Origin: Eledone cirrhosa
Lineage: Eukaryota
Assembly: GCA_964016885.1 (NCBI GenBank)
Contig: OZ024741.1
Location: forward strand, 292,392,001 to 292,456,000
Reading direction: 5' to 3'
Length of the DNA stretch: 64,000 nt
Below, one piece after another: positions 13,276 through 27,497 of this stretch. Below the pieces are notes generated by a model. It worked only from the letters and a program-made list of their open reading frames with translations, had not been told where the DNA came from and searched no databases. Position numbers and translations under genes: made by a program. Each line of letters opens with the position of its first letter. Position 1 is the first letter of the stretch.

Positions 13276-14494
13276 CTATCTTAGACATCTTGGTTGACAA
13301 TATACTGCAGGCTTTCAAAGGCCAATTCCATGAAAATACCCTTTGTCATACTTACTATCAGATCTATAATAAACCTGTGATTGTTCTATTTGAATTATAA
13401 TAGAGCACTAATTCATGAATGAATATGATGATGCTTGAACTAGTAATTATGGTTTCGGGATCAAAATTGTAAGATTGAGGGTCTGATGGCAGATAGGGTG
13501 ATCAAGTTCACTGACCTGAAAATGAGTACTAGCCACAGATGGACTGTGATGGACTAGTGTCCAGTCCAGGTGTGTGTTTGTTTGTATGTGTGGGATGCTT
13601 TTGCTCTCAGTTGCTTAATGCCGTATAAAAGTAGCATAAGCTTTCGCCTGATAAACCTTTAGGCCAAGAAATACTTTAAACACAAATGAATGCAATATAT
13701 TAAGAAAAGTGCCGTGGATTGGCAGTATCGGTAGAGGGTTGGACGCCATGCTTTGACGCATAGAATTACGGCCCTTGACATTCTGAGTTCAAAATTCCCC
13801 CGAGGTTAACTTTGCCTTTCATCCTTACGGGGTCGATAAAATAAAGTACCAGTAATCCACTGGATAATTGCTGGCCTTATGCCAAAAGTAGAAACGATAT
13901 ATTAAGAAAACAACGATTATGATGATGATGACAATGATCACTGAAATGATAGTTGATATATATAAAGAAAAAATATTGTCCCTTAAATCAATAATTTAAT
14001 TGCTGTAATATTTTATTTTTATAATTTCCTTCTATTGTTTATAGATGTACAATTAATTTGTCTTAAATGCAGGAAAAAAAAACGAAAAAAACAAATTTTT
14101 CCACCATTCATTAGACATTTACATAAATGTCAGAAACTTTAAGTTCTGCTATAAATTTCAACTTTTTTGTGAAATATAGTCTAAATAGATTTTTTTTAGG
14201 AATATAGTCCGAGATTTATTTTTGATGAATAATCTTGGGGAAAAGTCTTCTGTAAACTTCAGTTTAAATCAATTCTTTTCCTTTTTTAAAACAGTAAAGA
14301 GAAAGCTTGAGGGCAAATTTGGTTGCTTTTTCTGGCTAAATTGAACATCAGTGTCTTCACATTGCTTCATTTTTGTTATTATTATTGTTTAGTTCCGATT
14401 GAGCAGATTTCTAATGAAAAATATATACTTTATTTTTTTACTCTTTTACTGCTTTCAGTCATTAGACTGTAGCAATGCTAGGTTGCTGCTTTAA

Positions 14495-14715
14495 CCCTTT
14501 AGCGTTTACATTACTCTACATATACTATCGTAGTTTTGTGTTAAAGGCTTTATCTTACATAATTATCTCACATTATGTTGAATCTATGAGATTTTGATGT
14601 TATTTATTTTGAGAACAATACCTTAATATCAGTATGAGTAGCCATTTATGGCCAGTTTTAACAGAAAGAGGCGAGAGAATTCTGGTCGGATATGGCCGGT
14701 TTAAATGCTAAAGGG
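14495..14715. mobile_element. piggyBac-like MITE nested in an older SINE-like repeat
   Basis: TIRs ccctttagcgttta / taaatgctaaaggg, flanked by TTAA on both sides (14491-94 and 14716-19). Confidence 0.75.
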
Positions 14716-16105
14716 TTAAAGATATATTGAACCTAATGTTACTTCTTTCAAGTCTTGTACTCGTTCTATTGATATCTTTTCATAGTGTTACACTGTTATG
14801 GTACATATGCAAACAGTGAAAATAAATATAGGCATGAACATATATATATCATCATCATTGTCATTGTCATTTTAACATCCACTTTACATTCAAGCAAGGG
14901 TTGGATGGCACCATATAGACCAAGTCAGTACTGAATTGGAAACCCTGATCTCCCAGGCAGGCCAGGGACCTGTGTTTTTGCATATGTATGGTCTCATACT
15001 CAAATGAGTGCTCAGGAGAGGTTGTTATGCCTTTGAGACAACTGAGGGTCCTCCCAACTCTTTGTTTGGTAATATTTTTATGGTGGGGTGCCCTTCCTAT
15101 CACCAATCCTTTTACAGCATGTACCGGGTGCATTTATCATGTAAATTACCAACAAAGGGTAAGGAGGACTCTTCAGATGTGTAAAAGACATGACATTTTC
15201 TCTAGTGCTGGTACTACAACAAAATACACTCAGTGGTGTGGTGGTGTGGGGGGTTATGTTGGCCTCCTGGTTTGTAGTAATCGATAGAATGTGGGAACAT
15301 AAGTGAGATGCATGCCTCCGATTCATCAGAGAGATCAGTGACTCTGCTTGAGCACTGACTGGTCTGTGATGACACATCCAAATATTGCAGGGAAACTAGA
15401 CATTTACCAATGATGTTGGTATTGTGTATGTATGCACTGCTTAAAAACTGCTGTTTATATGTTCTGTAGCTTACCAGTTTAAGAAGTGCAGGGTAAGTAA
15501 AAGAATATGTACCAGCCTTAAAAAAGGTTATTACAACTCTTGTAGGCATTGCACCAACATGACTGCAGTCTAGTGACTGAAACCATTAAAATAATACAAG
15601 AACAGCTACCATACCATACCATAATTACTACACCTATCAATTTCAGTTATGTCTTAATATTAAAGATAAACGAAAGTTTCTAATTTTCCAACCTCTTCCA
15701 ACCATTATTTTCTACCAAACATTATCCACCAATCCTTGCCAATGTCTATCAACCACTAACTACAACCAGCCACCAGAAAAAACATTTTTTTTTAGAAACT
15801 AAAGAAAAAATATCTTTATATCAAATGTTTACCAAAAAAATGTTAAATATTTTTCAAAATAATGTTTTCTTCTCTTTCATGATAAATGGTTGTTGTTGGT
15901 GTTGGTATGTGGTGGTCTTATTTCGGTGTTGATGTTGGAATTCTGACTTATAAACATGTTTTTCTCTCTTGTACCCTATCTCTCCTGTTTATCTGCCCAT
16001 CTCTCACTCTATCTGCTTGTCTATCTCTCTCCCATCTCTCTCTCTCTCCCTATTCCTCTCTGTCACTGTATCTGTGTGTCTATCTGTCCCCTAGTTCTCC
16101 GTCAT

Positions 16106-16167
<62 letters not shown>

Positions 16168-16321
16168 CCTCTTTACCTAAGATAAATATTTTCTTTCTTA
16201 CAAGAGAATCTTTTCACTGAAGTTTTAAGCTCCATTTTCTCAATGACAAGTAGAAAGATTATATATTTTTGTTCTTTTCACTTTTTAATTTTATAGATTT
16301 CTTTTTTCTTCTTAACCTCCA

Positions 16322-16437
16322 TATCTATCTACCTACATACTCACCTATCCACCCCACTATCTATTTACCTACATACTCACCTATCCACCCCACTATCTAT
16401 CTACCTACATACTCACCTATCCACCCCACTATCTATC
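16322..16437. repeat. 36-bp tandem repeat x3
   Basis: Unit tatctatctacctacatactcacctatccaccccac; the array resumes after the LINE at ~17375-17440. Confidence 0.9.
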
Positions 16438-17374
16438 ACCTCGAGTGCCTTCAGGTGCTCACAGCCCTCTACCAAGCAGAAACGGCAATCAGCCGAGACT
16501 CTACTTCGAGATTCTATAGGGGATTAGTGGAGGATAAGTGCAACGACGTTCTCGGGGAAACTCTAGACATTGAGGAGGATGAACTGACCAGTCTGTTCAG
16601 GAGGACTTTCCGTCCAGCGCCTATGGATAACTTCCAGAGGTCTCTGGCCTGGCAGTGCTACCGAAGAGCTCTACCAGTTCGAGACAAAATCTACAGGCAC
16701 GGACGCCCTGGCAGGGATCCTGCCAAAAGGACCCGTCCAAGATGCAAGCAGGTCATCGAAACCGTTCTGCACGCAATTGTTCAATGCCCAGGGGTGACCG
16801 ACCTGTGGAATTATGTTGAACAGCGACTGTCACGTGTGGGACACCTCCAGTTGTCAGTCGAGTCCATCGTGAGGATGACCCCGCTGCCTTCATTTAAGAA
16901 CGAAGGAGAGGCAGTTTTCCTCTGTCTGCTGGCTATGGTGAAAGAGGTAATATGGTGGACGAGGTTAAAAGGACTGAGGGCAAACACCTTTCTCTCCGGA
17001 CAACAACTTATCCCCTTCTTTAAGTATCACTTCAGAAAGAATGTGAGAGTGGAGAGAGAGGTGCTACACCCCAGGAAATTTGCTGAAAGGTGGGTGAATG
17101 TGGCGAAAATGGCCCGAAAATGGCCCTCTGTATATAAATAGAGGGAAGACAGGAACACCTACAAAACGTGTTCCTGATGTTGAGGGTTGTTCTATCCATG
17201 GGGTGTAAAACAACCCTGCAGTAACGCCCCTCCCCTATTGGTGATTTCAATTGTTATTTTATTATATATAGTTTATTGTTATTTATTAATGTTAAAGTTA
17301 TTTTTATGTAAAACCCCCGCCATCTCGTCTTGTAATGTCCCATTTTTTTACATCCCTGTGGCAAATAAAGAAAT
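16437..17374 (+). mobile_element. 5'-truncated L1/Tx1-like LINE (C-terminal zinc-knuckle region plus 3' UTR)
   Basis: ORF to 17141 with LAWQCYRRALPVRDK...PRC..ETVLHAIVQCP...LW (zf-RVT-like); ends aaataaagaaat. Confidence 0.75.
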
Positions 17375-18299
17375 ATATCTACCTACCTACATACTCACCT
17401 ATCCACCCCACTATATTTCTACATACTCACCTATACATCCCCCCTCATATCTTTCTCCCTATATGATCGCCTATCCATCCACCCTAAGTGCTTGCCTAAC
17501 CATCCACCCTCACATCTATCTATCTACCTACATAATTTCTTCTTCCAGACCATTCATTGAAGTAAGACTCTGTTTATAGAAGCCTTGTGTCAATCTCCCT
17601 TTATCCAAATTAACAACATTAACAACATTAACAACAACATTAACAAAAACTCCCATTAAAACAGCAACTATCACTACATCAACGGAAATATTAAGAATAA
17701 TTGTTTCTACTTTAGGCACAAGGCCAGCAATTACCCAGTGCATTACTGGTACTTTATTTTATCGACCCCGTAAGGATGAAAGGCAAAGTCAACCTTGGCG
17801 GGATTTTAACTCAGATCGTAAAGGGACGTAACTATGCTGGAAAGCATGGCGTCCGACCCTCTACCGATACTGCCAAGCCAAGAATAATAACTATCAATAA
17901 CATCAATAACAGTTATCACAGCAACAATTAATACAATATCGCAATAACAACATATATCTAAATATCATTACTATTACTACAACAAAACCAAAACAACCAC
18001 AACAAATATCACTTCAACCACCACTATAGTTATCATTACATAAACAACCACAACAACTATCTCAATATCTTTAGAACAGATATTAAATGGCCTAGCCTCC
18101 CTCACATACAGTCACATATACAAATCCATGCACACTGAGTGAACTTCAAATATATAGTTATTATGGCCCTTTATGGTCTGAGTTCAAATCCCGTCGAGGT
18201 TAACTTTGCCATTCATCCTTACGTTGTCGATAAAATAAAGTACCAGTAATGCACTGGGTAATTGCTGGCCCTGTGCCAAAAGTAGAAACAATTATATTA

Positions 18300-18585
18300 A
18301 TAAGTGCATGGCCGAGTGGTAAGTATATTTGGACTTATGATCATGATGTTGTGAATTCAATTCCTGGACTGTTATGTGTGGTGTTCTTGGGCAAAATACT
18401 TTATTTCATGTTGCTCTAGTATACTCAGCTTAAAATGAGTATTAGCAATGGCTGGGGATTTAAACGTGTGGTGGACTGATGACCTGTCCAGGGGAGAGAC
18501 TTGTACTCTGTTGTTTAACACCACAGAAACTGGGATAAGCATCAGCCTCATAAGCCTCTGGCTTGAGACAGATTTTAGCTTTTAG
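18300..18585 (+). mobile_element. tRNA-derived SINE family D (ggactg..acctgtccaggg motif)
   Basis: Head tggccgagtggtaag...gaattcaattcc; related copies at ~13440-13670, 31740-31990, 34070-34312(-) and 39405-39675. Confidence 0.65.
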
Positions 18586-19268
18586 AACTATTATTACAAC
18601 AAAAAAACAATCACTGCAAACCACAACCACCATCACAACAACAGCAACGGAAACTTTTGTGTGATAATATAAAAAACAATTTTTAGAAAAGTGTGAAGCT
18701 TCTATGCTTGTTTGTGTATGTATGTCTGCATTTGTCTGAGTGTTTGAGTCTGTGTGAAGAGAGAGAGAGAGGAGGGACATTAATTCAACCAGAAATAAAA
18801 TCAGACTGAAATACTTATGGGACTGAAACTAATGGACATTTCTTCACTGTTATGCTCTAATTATTTCATCTCTTTTTCTCTCTATCTCCCCCACCCTCTT
18901 CCTATCTATCTATCTGTCTGTCTAGTCAACTATCTATCTATCTATCCCCTCTTCTACTTCCTCCTAAGCATGATTCTAATAAGACTGTGTTTTTGCATCT
19001 GTGTTTGTCTTGTTATTTCTTGAACTGTGTGTATGCATATATATAAAGTTACATACACACACAAATATCATCATTGACTGAACACACGCATGCTTTTTCC
19101 TGCCTCCACCCCACCATTTTTTTCCCCTTTCTGTGTCTTCTCATTTTCTATCTTTCACCATACATCATCTTTTTAATGTCCACTTTCCCTGCTAGCAGGT
19201 ATTGGTCAGGTCTACATTGACCAAGTCAGTATTGAAGTGAGGCTCCATTCTTTTATTTCTCATTTAAT

Positions 19269-19302
19269 CTTCTGATGAAGGTCTAGCGTCCAAAACGTTA
19301 AG
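19269..19302 (+). ncRNA. Decayed minimal hammerhead (PLE pLTR relic)
   Basis: ctt-CTGATGA-agg..cc-AAAA-cgtt-aag. Stem I ctt/aag and palindromic aacgtt are present, but GAAA is mutated to AAAA. Confidence 0.4.
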
Positions 19303-19381
19303 CCTCCTTTCATATTATATCAAGCCTTAAACTAATATCTTCATTGTAATGTGTTGTTTTCCATTTGCTTTTCACACGCGT

Positions 19382-19419
<38 letters not shown>

Positions 19420-19479
19420 ACACACACACCCACACAATCATTTTTAATGTTTTCCATTTAAAATCTTATAGAGCTAGTT

Positions 19480-19650
19480 TCACACCATGGGCTTGATGTA
19501 CTATAAATCAGATGTCATATGATTGACAGTACTCTCCATAATATGTACTGTTCTCAGTAGGACTGTGCAGATGCTGGTGAGTTTAATTTGGGGAACTTCA
19601 TGACTCCTTTCTTCATTAGGCCTAGAACACCGATGTTCACTGTACTTTGT
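19480..19650 (-). mobile_element. Restriction-like-endonuclease LINE 3' relic (R4/HERO-like)
   Basis: Minus strand VNIGVLGLMKKG...VLLRTVHI resembles the PVIIGALG...LLGTAHILR end of these elements. Confidence 0.35.
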
Positions 19651-20210
19651 TGATTTCTTTCTGACTTCACCTAGGTGCTTTTTTCATTCTTCCAGGGTTA
19701 ATAAAATGTAGCATCAGTCAAGTACTGGAGTCAATTCTATCAAGCCGCCTCAGCCAAAATTAGAAACCATTATGATTATTACTATTACTAGGGCCGTGGA
19801 TTACTAGAATTGTTAGCATGTTATACAACATGCACTATGTTCTGAGATCAAATCCCATCAAGGTTAGCTTTGCCTTTCATCCTTATAGGGTTGAGAAAAT
19901 AAAGTACCAGCAATGTATTGGCTCTGATTTAATCAGCTTCCCCCCCAAATTCTTGGCCTTGTGCCTTAATCAGAAACCCTTTTGCCCTTGTGGCCAATAA
20001 ATGAGACCATTATTATTACTGGCAGAATTGTTAGAATTCTGGATAAAATGCTTTTGCTGGAATTATTCCAGCTCTAACATCGAGTTCAAATCCCACAGTG
20101 CTTAATTTTGCTTTTCATTCTTTTGGGTTTGATAAATACCAGTCAAATACTAGGGTTAGTTTCATTGACTTTCCTCTCCACTCAAATTACTGGCAATGGA
20201 CCGAAATTAG

Positions 20211-20285
<75 letters not shown>

Positions 20286-21369
20286 TTCCTTTCATCAATC
20301 TAATTAGCCAGTATTGACTTTGTCGTTATAATTTGATTCATCGACAGAAATACTCAACAATCGACACTGATTTACTCCTATAGAATCAACAATTTAACAT
20401 TGGTTTAAGTGGTGGTGGTAGTAGTGATGACAGCAGTAATGGTGGTGGTAGTAGTGGCAGTAGTTTTGTTGATGTTAGTGTTGGTAGTGGTGGTGGTAGA
20501 GTTGTTGATGTGGTGGTGGTACTATCGATGAAAGTTATGTAACATAAATAAAAAATATATATATTCTGCGGGTATTTTCCAAAGAACAATGATGCCACCA
20601 AGAGTTCCAATCCAAACTTATGTCACCTACAGGCAGTAGAGTAATATTCTAGAACATTAGAGAATGTATATGTATAGGAGCTTTATATATATATATATAT
20701 GTTGTATATATATGTCATAAATATATGTGTGATATATATATATTATATATGTATATGTATGTCACTTGTATCAATAGCAAAGTGAAGGCCCCTTGCAGCC
20801 TTCATAATTGATTTAATCTGAGAACCTTTGTATATTCCGACACCAATTATATATGAAACAGCAGGAACTCTCTGTTCTGTTTATTAACACTGAATGTTAC
20901 AATTTGTCTCTTTGCTAGTTTTGGAGTTTCTTAAATAGAATGCTCTCCTTGTGTACATGTGTGTGCAATTATGAATGTTTTGTATGCTATGTATATGCAT
21001 GCTTGTACACATGCATACACATACTTTCTTTCTTTCTTTTTCCTCTTTTGTATATATCTAAAAAAATATTCTCACCAATAGAGAATAAGCCAGTTTCCAA
21101 CTCAGAAGCAAAGTTATTCTAGTGTAATTTAAAGAGCAGCATCTAATTAGTCATATGTGTATGTATCTGCACCTGTATATATGAAGGATGTGTGGATCTA
21201 TATACATTGCCATATGTGTATATATACATACATTTGTGTGTCAACATATGTGCATATTCTACTTACTACAGTCAAAACTACTGGAATGTTTTATATATTT
21301 TTACAAAATCTTTTTTGTTTTGTTCACCCCAAGCAAAGCAATGAAGCCATTTAAATGTAAGGGTTACTG

Positions 21370-22515
21370 AGAAAGAAGGACAAGGTAGAGAGAACATAAT
21401 TCAAGGGGAGAGTTGTCAATTGATTTTGCTTTTGAATTTTTGCAGATTGTAGTGGTCAGGAAAGCAAGAAGCTGAAAGAGAATTCCATAGGTGAGGTGTG
21501 TGGAAGAAGAGATGTCAGAATAGAATTTGTGATTGCATTTAGGAAATTCAACCGTAAATGGATCTGACCTAGCCAACAATTTGGTGCTCTTTTTAAACTC
21601 TTCAATGCGAGGCAGGAGAAAAGCTCATTAGAAAAATTCCCATGGAAATATTTATAGAAAAAGCAAAGAAATATTTTGATGGTGTGATAGTGATTGAAGC
21701 TGACATGATAAGTCAAGACCAATAATGTTGACGATTCTTTTTTGGATTTTATCTAGTCTATCAAGGTGCACAGCAGAAACACCAGGCCAGAGGTGGCAAA
21801 AATACTCTATACAAGGATGAATGGTAGATTTATAAAGATAAAATATTTTCAGGCATGAAAAATTTTTTGGCACGATAAAGTGAATCAACTTCCTGGGTAA
21901 CAGACTTAGCGATCGATGGGATATAATCATTCCAGCTCAAATCATTGGAAAATGTCAGACTAAGAAGGCGTAAAGCATTGCTCTCTTGAGAATATGATCA
22001 GCCATACTAATGGGAGGTAAAAGTTGTTATCTATGGCAATTAAAAGATATCAGTTTAGTCGTAGATGCATTAAAAGTAACAAGCCATTTATTGCCCTCCC
22101 CTCCCCTCGCTCAACAAAAGATCAAAGTTCATGTTCAAGATCAGCTACCAATTCAACTTTATCAAAACCTATATGACTTACCATTAAGAGAAGAATAGTG
22201 ATCTTTGTCATCAGCATAGATATTAAGCTAAGAAAATATGTCATCATGAAGATCATTGATGAAAATTAAGCATGTTATAGGACCCAAGATAGAGCCTTGA
22301 GAGACCCTTGCATTATTGTGGAAAGACCTAGAAGACAGGTCATTCAAGACAACCTTCAGTTTCTATTTTGATAAGAAAAACTGAATCAGTTTGAAAATCC
22401 ACCAAAAGACAACATAACCACTCACCTTATGAAGGAGAGTAACATGCCAAACCCTGCCAAAAGTCTTAGAAATATCTAAGGCAACAGCCCTAACTTGAAC
22501 TGATTTATCTGAATT
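21370..22515 (-). mobile_element. CR1/Jockey-group LINE RT fragment, degenerate
   Basis: Minus strand: AVALDISKTFGRVWH, VSQGSILGP..LIFINDL, IYADD, YKSTIHPCIEYFCHLW..LDKIQKR. Confidence 0.8.
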
Positions 22516-24400
22516 GAAGTATGGTGCTTTTTATTGTCACCACACCAAAAAGCACCCAGTGCACCCAGTAACGTGGTCATGCTGATAACATGACAAAATG
22601 TACCTAGTCCACCCTGTAACATGACAAAAAGCGTCCAGTACACCCTGTAAGATGATTGTGTTGGTGAGAGGACAAAAAGCGTCTAGTTCACCCTGTTCTG
22701 GTGACACAAAAAATACCCAGTCCACCATGTAAGGTGGTTATGCTGATGACATGACAAAAAACACCCAGTTCACCCTGTTTTGGTGCTATTGCAAAAAGCA
22801 CCCAGTCTACACTGTAATATCATTAGCACTAGGAAGGATATCCAGCTGTAGAAACCAAATTAAAATACAGATCCATATGAGCAGATATAGTCACTTGACC
22901 TGAATTGTCTCATAGTATGACAACCCATCTAACCCATGCATGTGTTGAAAATGGGCATTAAATGATGATGAGGATGATATGACAGACTCTCTCATCCATT
23001 ACTGTTAAGATATAAGGATTTGATTGTGAGAATTGAAAGCCATATTGTTTATCTGAAATAAGACCAGGTCTGCTACAGCCTGATACATAATACATTTACA
23101 CATGTGCTGTTTATCCAAGGTACATGTTGAGAGTTTGTCATGTACAGATATTTTCTGTTTTGTTTGTTCTGTTTATGTGTTGAAGGATTCTGTGGAAATG
23201 ATTTACTTTTTCCAGAATAACTGAGGTTATATATTGTTCCTATTAAATGATTTATGCAGTTGTCTTTATAGATGTATTTGTTCATTAACAGGAAATGATG
23301 AGCCATACAGGTTATAACCCTGACGCTAAATAGTAGATTGAACCAGTGAATATTACTTTATGTTGCAGTCTGCGTGCTATTGTGAATTATGATAGCGTTT
23401 TTTAAATGGTTATGAGTGAATTATTACTTGTCTTCAGTTCTAGAAATGTTACTTCACCAGAGAAGAGAAGAGAATGCTTGTACATTTAATTAATATCTAA
23501 TTAGTAACATTTGATGAACTATTAATTACAGTATGTATAGACACTGGTTGTTTGGTTTTATTTAGGGTTCTTGTAAACCCTTCTTTTATATATTTGCCCA
23601 CTTATTTATGAGAGGATCATGGGGGCAGAGTCCTCAAACACTCCTTCCAGTGGGTCCTGTCAGAAGCAACCAACTCCAAATTCCCCCAGCTGGATCTCCA
23701 AGAGAGACAAGCCAAACTCGTGGATTATATCCAACGATCTTGCTTGGGATCTAACCCTAAGTCATCTGCTGGTTGTTTTTGCCTGCTGATCTGTCCAGCG
23801 ATTCTCTCCTGAGACATTCTAACTACACTTGACTGCTACATGATGGTTGTTGGTAAGTTTGTGATTTGAACTTTGAAGAATCAGAACAGACAGTAATTAG
23901 TTACTGCTTTCTATTTTCTGGATCTAAATCTTGGTGAGGACAACTTTGATATTCCTCTTCCAGGGTCGATATAATAAAGTTTCAATTATGTACTAGTGTT
24001 GATTTAATCAACATTCGAGCCTTTGTGCCTAAATTAGATATTAATACAATAAGTTTGTACCAAAAATTCCTTTCTAAGAGATAATCATTGAGAAGTCTTT
24101 ATTATGCAACAATTTAACAGCCACCAATTTTCAAATGGTAAATAATTGTCTCTCTCTCTCTCCATCTCTCTCTCTCCCCATAAATACATGCGTGTGTGTG
24201 TGCATGTATATATATAGATAAACTATATAAACATATACATCCATTTACATGTTATATATATATATATATATAGGAGTAAATATATATCATCATCATTTAA
24301 TGGACATTAAATGATCACATATAGGGATATGCATATAAATAGGAAAAAGGTGTGTATCTGAATATATATATATATATATATATGTATACATACACACACT

Positions 24401-24440
<40 letters not shown>

Positions 24441-24473
<33 letters not shown>

Positions 24474-24900
24474 CCGTTTTACATCTGTTCTTCCATGCTA
24501 GCATGGGTTAGACGGGTTGTCCTGTTGTGGGCAGTGCCCGGTCGGCTAACCATGTCTTGCTCATACGGGAACTGGATTTGGCTTGATTTCTACAGTTGGA
24601 TGCCCTTCCTAACACCAACCTCATTTACAGTGAGTGCTGGGTGCTTTTTTTACATGACACCTACATGTCCACTTCACAGTGTGGGCTGGGTGCTTTTTTG
24701 CCGTGGCACCTCCACGACCACTTTACAGTAGAATGATAGGGACCACAGTCCCATCATCTGATTTCTACAGCTGAGTAAGCTGGAGCAATATGAAATAAAG
24801 TGTCTTGTACAAGGAAACAACACATCACCCGGTCTGAGAATTGAACTCGCAACCTTTTGATTGCAAGCCCAATTCTCTAACCACTAAGGCATGCACCTTC
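24441..24900 (-). mobile_element. Full-length tRNA-headed SINE with RTE-like tail (family C)
   Basis: Reverse-complement copy of 30790-31232; A- and B-box head, (GAT)n tail. Confidence 0.8.
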
Positions 24901-24933
24901 ATATATATATATATATATATAAGGAGTACCATG

Positions 24934-25004
24934 TATTTTATTATGCGCATTTCAAAAACAAATATCATCATGCAATAATATTTGTGTTTTCATCAGATAA
25001 AACA
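24934..25004 (-). ncRNA. Minimal type I hammerhead ribozyme, copy 2 (element ~24922-25048)
   Basis: Reverse complement of 11979-12049; core, stem II and TGCGCA stem III unchanged; flanked by (TA)n. Confidence 0.8.
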
Positions 25005-25044
25005 GGAGGACATGATATGAAGGCTAAAAAACACTTGTGGATAG

Positions 25045-25084
<40 letters not shown>

Positions 25085-26391
25085 TATGCAATAATGATTT
25101 ACATGTGTGTTTATACATGCGTATATATGTATGTGTTTGTATATAATATGTATATATACGCACACACAAATACACAATCAAATATTTAGATAGATACCCG
25201 TACATTGACTATCAAAACATGTTTACATTCATACTTATATGCATTATGCATGGCAATCATGTAAAATCTCGTGATTATTACTCTCCAATAATAAATTGTG
25301 TGGCATGCAATTAACAAGCATTACATTAGATTTAAAGTGAAAACAATTTCCTTTTGGTTTTTCAACATTTCCAGTTGATGACATGTTAACAACCTTCCTT
25401 CAAATATGCTGCCATTTGATAGAAATATGACATACTCTCCGGTCTTGATTAATCAACCCTGCTTATTAATTTTTCTGATTTTTTCCACACACTCCCTTCT
25501 GCTTCTACTTTAGCCCCGACAATTATTAAATTTTACTAATCTATCTCCGGTGAAATTTTATTTTAAGTGGCAGCATTCCTGTGACAATTAATTTTCTTTA
25601 TACATTAAAAAACATTAAACACGATTAAAAAAGAAGTACATTACTAGAAATCCTAAATGTTATAAAATAAATAGTATGGGTTGGAGTTTCAATATGTAAA
25701 TTAAACGACTAATTCTGGTTTTTAAAAAATCGAGACAACCAACAAAAATTAGCGCTGCCCCACTTCCCCACTTATTCCAAATACCCCTTATTATTTGGGA
25801 CCTGAGTGTAAATAGTTAAGAAATTAACGTCATTCAAGCAGAGTTTTCAGACAATTTACTCTCTCGTTAGCTGTTCATTGAGTTAGATAATTGTTTCTAC
25901 TTTAGGCACAAGGCCAGCAATTACCCAGTGCATTACTGGTACTTTATTTTATCGATGCCGTAAGGATGAAAGGCAAAGTCAACCTCGACTGGATTTGAAC
26001 TCAGATCGTAAAGGGACCTAACTATGCTGGAAAGCATGGCGTCCGATCCTCTACTGCCTAGTTTGATAATGAATGAAATTTGATGGATTTGGTTTATATT
26101 TTTGAGATTCGTCACCAGAGGTGATAACATGATTGTGCCTGTTGTTGTTATTCTTCTTATTGTTGTTGTTGTTAAGCAATCAGTTTTTTTTAAAAATATA
26201 TTTTCCCCTTACTTTGTATATACTACTGTCTTCGTTAATCATTGTTCATGTACACATGTATATATGTATGTGTCCGTATGTGAGCATATATATCATTATC
26301 ATTTAATATCTGATTTCACAGCTAGCAAATGTTGGATGTGTATGTATATATATATATATATATATATACATACACATCCAACATATATATA

Positions 26392-26433
<42 letters not shown>

Positions 26434-26461
26434 TATATATATGTGTGTGTATATACACATA

Positions 26462-26504
<43 letters not shown>

Positions 26505-26568
26505 GCATACATATATCTGTGTGTATATATGTATATATATATATATATATATACACATTTGTGTGTCA

Positions 26569-27466
26569 TCATCATCATCATCATCAACGTTTAACGTCCG
26601 TGTTCCACGCTTGCATGGGTTTGGACGGGGGTTTTCCCACTTGAGGCAAGAGTGGTTGTCTTGCTCGCATAGGACTGTCTGGCAGGTTTTCTACAGCTGG
26701 ATGCCCTTCCTAACACCAACCACATTTACAGTGTGGGTCTGGGAGGTTTTTACCGTGTTGCCTACACGGCCACATTACAGCGTGTGCTGTGTGTTTTTTT
26801 GTCGTGACACCTACACGATCTCATTTGTTTCGGCCTGGATGGTGTGGCACCAACATAACTTTACATAGAAGGGGGCGGTGTGGATGGGGTGGGGGTGTAT
26901 TTTTTTAGAGATGCCTACTGACTGTAGTAGGTTTTACTATGTATTTAGGTAAGGCGGGTCTTCTCTATTACTGAGTACCGCCAAAGGTCTCGGTCCAGTG
27001 ACATTGTCTTGGAGAGGTGTAAGTGTGTGAGGTCGGAGTTTATCAGCTCGTCCCAGGTTTTTCTAGGTCTGCCTATTCCGTGGCTACCGTCTATCTTTAT
27101 TGCCCTGCACCTTGTTATACAGCTATCGTCTTTCATGCGCATCACGTGTCCATACCAACGTAGCCTTCTCTCGAGTAAACAACATCTGATCCCTCTTATT
27201 TCTAATTTTTTCCTTAGTTCGTTTATGCTTTGCCGTTCACGTATATTACTATTACACATCCAGCGGGGCATGCAACCTTCGTTCCTCTCTAGTCTGCATA
27301 TATCCTCTGCACACAATGCCCACGTCTCACTGCCATGCAACATTGTTGTGTGTGTATATGTATATATATATAAATATATACACACATTTGTTTGTGTGTA
27401 TATATATATATAAATATATACACACATTTATGTGTGTATATATATATATAAATATATACACACAGT

Positions 27467-27497
<31 letters not shown>

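Noticed and set aside
16322-16437. 36-bp repeats as a CRISPR array
   Set aside because: Head-to-tail repeats with no spacers in a eukaryotic context, and no cas genes.
20815-20880. Hammerhead-like ctgagaa...gaaacag..ctgtt
   Set aside because: Core deviates and stem I cannot be formed.
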